From positions 1 through 57,872 of IMG/VR virus record IMGVR_UViG_3300032315_000356: a stretch of 57,872 nt of DNA. One strand, written 5' to 3'. Under the pieces are notes generated by a model. The model did no database searches. It was given only the letters and a program-made list of their open reading frames with translations, and was not told the origin of the DNA. This document shows, in pieces, positions 55,870 to 57,872 of this stretch. Each line of letters starts with the position of its first letter. Position 1 is the first letter of the stretch. The translations under genes were made by a program, and so were the position numbers. The stretch comes from a virus (taxonomy: Duplodnaviria; Caudoviricetes).

Positions 55870-55902
55870 AGAGAGGGTTAACTAAGTTAGCCCTCTCTTT
55901 TT
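55870..55902 (+). terminator. Rho-independent terminator
   Basis: agagagggttaac-taa-gttagccctctct followed by a T run. Confidence 0.9.
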
Positions 55903-55959
55903 GGCTATTTCGGTACAATCAATATCTTGGATGGACAACCGTAAATCGAAGCAACTAGT

Positions 55960-55968
55960 GATAAATAC
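55960..55968 (+). promoter_or_regulatory. Late-type promoter
   Basis: GATAAATAC. Confidence 0.75.
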
Positions 55969-55990
55969 ACTATAACGATGGATTTTATCA

Positions 55991-57742
55991 ATGAAAATTA
56001 ACGATATTTACGAAAGTACAACAGCCGGCTCAGTTGCAACTGTGGCACAGCCAATGACTGGGAACCCACTGAAACGGTCTAATGTTGGCCAAGGCGTCTA
56101 TCCTAATCAAAAAGCAGGTAGCTTGCTCACTGGTAAGAAAAGTGTGTCAGAAGAATGGACTCATGAGTATAGCCCGGGGAACACTTCACACTGGTCTGGA
56201 ACTGTAAACACAGGTAAGTACATACATGATGGAAATGTTGTAGCCATATATACGGGTTTTGAACATCCTAGTACAGGCAGGCAGTCCCACATTAAAGTTA
56301 AGTTTTTACCAACCGGCAAAGTTAAGCAATTCAGTAATACTAGGTCTGGCTTCAACGAAGCCGAAAAGTGGATTCGGTCAGACTGGCGCCTGCAGGGCTC
56401 GGCCACAGATCGAACAGGAAATATGTTTGAAAGTGCGAAAACTAAGAAAAGTAAAAATGAGTTTGATGCCGAGTTAGATTCTAAGGGCAGATTTACCAAG
56501 GCTTCAGTGAGAAAAATGTTTAACGGGAAACTATCACCAGACGCTAAAGGCATCAAGGAAGCACACCTAGACGAAGATGAATTGATCATCATGCCAGGAC
56601 AAGGGCATAGATTAAAGAGCGGATTCATTCCTCACGATCATGATCGTAGAGATCATGAAGTTGAAATGGCTCGTAGTGACTTATTCCAAGCAGCAAAGAA
56701 TGCTAAGCAAACGTTTGAGATGCTTCAAGGTGTGTCTGAAGATCAAGGACTCGAAGGCTGGGTACAGGCTAAGATCACTAAAGCAGCAGATTATCTAAAC
56801 TCAGTTCGACAGTATCTTGAGGGTAAACACGTCCGTGAGATGACCGGCGGAGTTATTGCAGGGGGCGGTGTTGGAGAAGCAAGAAGCCAAAAGTACGAAA
56901 TGAGATTTACTAACGGAAAGACCCAGCGTTTTGTAGCAGCAACTCCAGAAGAAGCTAAAAAGAAAGCCAAAGGGTTAGGTGCAACTAGTCTGATTAAGGT
57001 TAGTACAGATGGTATGCCACAAGGCAAAGTTGCTGAAGGCAAGAAAGTTCAAGAGGCGGCGTCCGATCCAATCGAAAAAAGAATCACGGTTAAGAAATGG
57101 GGCGGGAATGACGATCACAGCTGGGCTGTTCTAGTTGATGGCAAACCCGCTGTTACTGGTTTGTCAAAAAGAGAAGTACCGCACTATAAATCACAAGTAA
57201 TGAAGAAACTTCAAGAAAAACCTCAACTAACCGGAACTAATTTGGAAGAAGGCAAGCAGGAAACCTACAATCTAAGAGATTTAGGAAATGATCTAAACAA
57301 TTATGTCGGGTCTGACTCCGAGTCCGTTCTGGTTACGAAAATATTAAATATTTTACGAAATAACTATACTGATAGTAGAGGGGCAAGTCTTCCAAATAGA
57401 GAGATATCAGGATCTGAATTGATGTCATTGTATGGCATCAGTGCAAGGCAACAGGGTGCTTTTATTAACTTCATCGACAAAGTATACGGTGGTCCAAAGA
57501 AAGACGAGGAAGACTCTTACAATTCATTTAGGTTTGATGAGGAAGCTGACCTTTTGGATGAAGGCATGGGTCTTAAGCAGCTTGCAGCCGCAGCCGCAGC
57601 AATAGGCTATATGCTTGTCCCAAATAACGTCGGTGATGGGACAAGCAGTAGATCATCGGCTGACCGGGCATATGACACCTATCTATCGCAAACTCCCTCT
57701 CATCTGGTACCGAGATATACGACTCCCATCAAAGGCAAGTAA
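55991..57742 (+). CDS. Modular putative internal head (poly)protein
   Basis: MKINDIYE-S start; about ten hydrophobic-x-E sites separate unrelated-looking modules; contains EGWVQAKITKAADYL. Confidence 0.7.
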   Translation: MKINDIYESTTAGSVATVAQPMTGNPLKRSNVGQGVYPNQKAGSLLTGKKSVSEEWTHEYSPGNTSHWSGTVNTGKYIHDGNVVAIYTGFEHPSTGRQSHIKVKFLPTGKVKQFSNTRSGFNEAEKWIRSDWRLQGSATDRTGNMFESAKTKKSKNEFDAELDSKGRFTKASVRKMFNGKLSPDAKGIKEAHLDEDELIIMPGQGHRLKSGFIPHDHDRRDHEVEMARSDLFQAAKNAKQTFEMLQGVSEDQGLEGWVQAKITKAADYLNSVRQYLEGKHVREMTGGVIAGGGVGEARSQKYEMRFTNGKTQRFVAATPEEAKKKAKGLGATSLIKVSTDGMPQGKVAEGKKVQEAASDPIEKRITVKKWGGNDDHSWAVLVDGKPAVTGLSKREVPHYKSQVMKKLQEKPQLTGTNLEEGKQETYNLRDLGNDLNNYVGSDSESVLVTKILNILRNNYTDSRGASLPNREISGSELMSLYGISARQQGAFINFIDKVYGGPKKDEEDSYNSFRFDEEADLLDEGMGLKQLAAAAAAIGYMLVPNNVGDGTSSRSSADRAYDTYLSQTPSHLVPRYTTPIKGK

Positions 57743-57792
57743 TCATGAGTTCTATTCGCAAAAGCATGATTGTTAGCGGAGGAGCAAGCTAA

Positions 57793-57872
57793 GTGCGTAA
57801 CCTCATCAACCTCTTAGAAGCAGTTCAAAAAGGTTGTCCTCGTGCCACCCATGATATCAATTTAAATCTTAA
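57793..57872 (+). CDS. Start of a putative internal protein, truncated by the window edge
   Basis: SD ggagg with GTG start; MRNLINLLE-AVQKGCPRATHDINLNL. Confidence 0.6.
   Translation, partial: MRNLINLLEAVQKGCPRATHDINLNL

Noticed and set aside
1-57872. Stop-codon reassignment, as seen in some large phages
   Set aside because: Conserved genes are full length in the standard code, and TAA, TAG and TGA all end genes at expected positions.

Overview
This window is a segment of a large (jumbo-type, distantly T4-like) tailed bacteriophage genome. It uses the standard genetic code and almost all genes lie on the + strand. Contents: tail-fibre and other virion proteins; nucleotide metabolism (nrdA, class II aldolase, nrdB, glutaredoxin); metK; an early-gene island with a repeated sigma70 promoter cassette (RNA ligase, AAA ATPase); replication genes (UvsW-like helicase, DEDD exonuclease, primase, DnaB-like helicase, clamp loader); putative capsid-packaged internal proteins, several with nucleotidyltransferase or ligase motifs; IscA; a GH19 endolysin and a holin; GroES, DnaJ and ClpA; PhoH; an Hc1-like protein; and a glycosyltransferase. 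The most striking observation is a minimal C-family (DnaE-like) polymerase of about 360 aa, split inside the palm into two intein-free genes about 19 kb apart. Other notable signals are putative virion-injected nucleotidyltransferase enzymes and a polyprotein with Glu-cleavage-like sites, widespread leaderless transcripts, two non-canonical start codons (CTG, ATT), decayed peptide deformylase and GIY-YIG remnants, and a structured intergenic element after groES. No tRNA, rRNA or CRISPR array was recognised. All functional calls come from motif recognition by eye, not from database searches.
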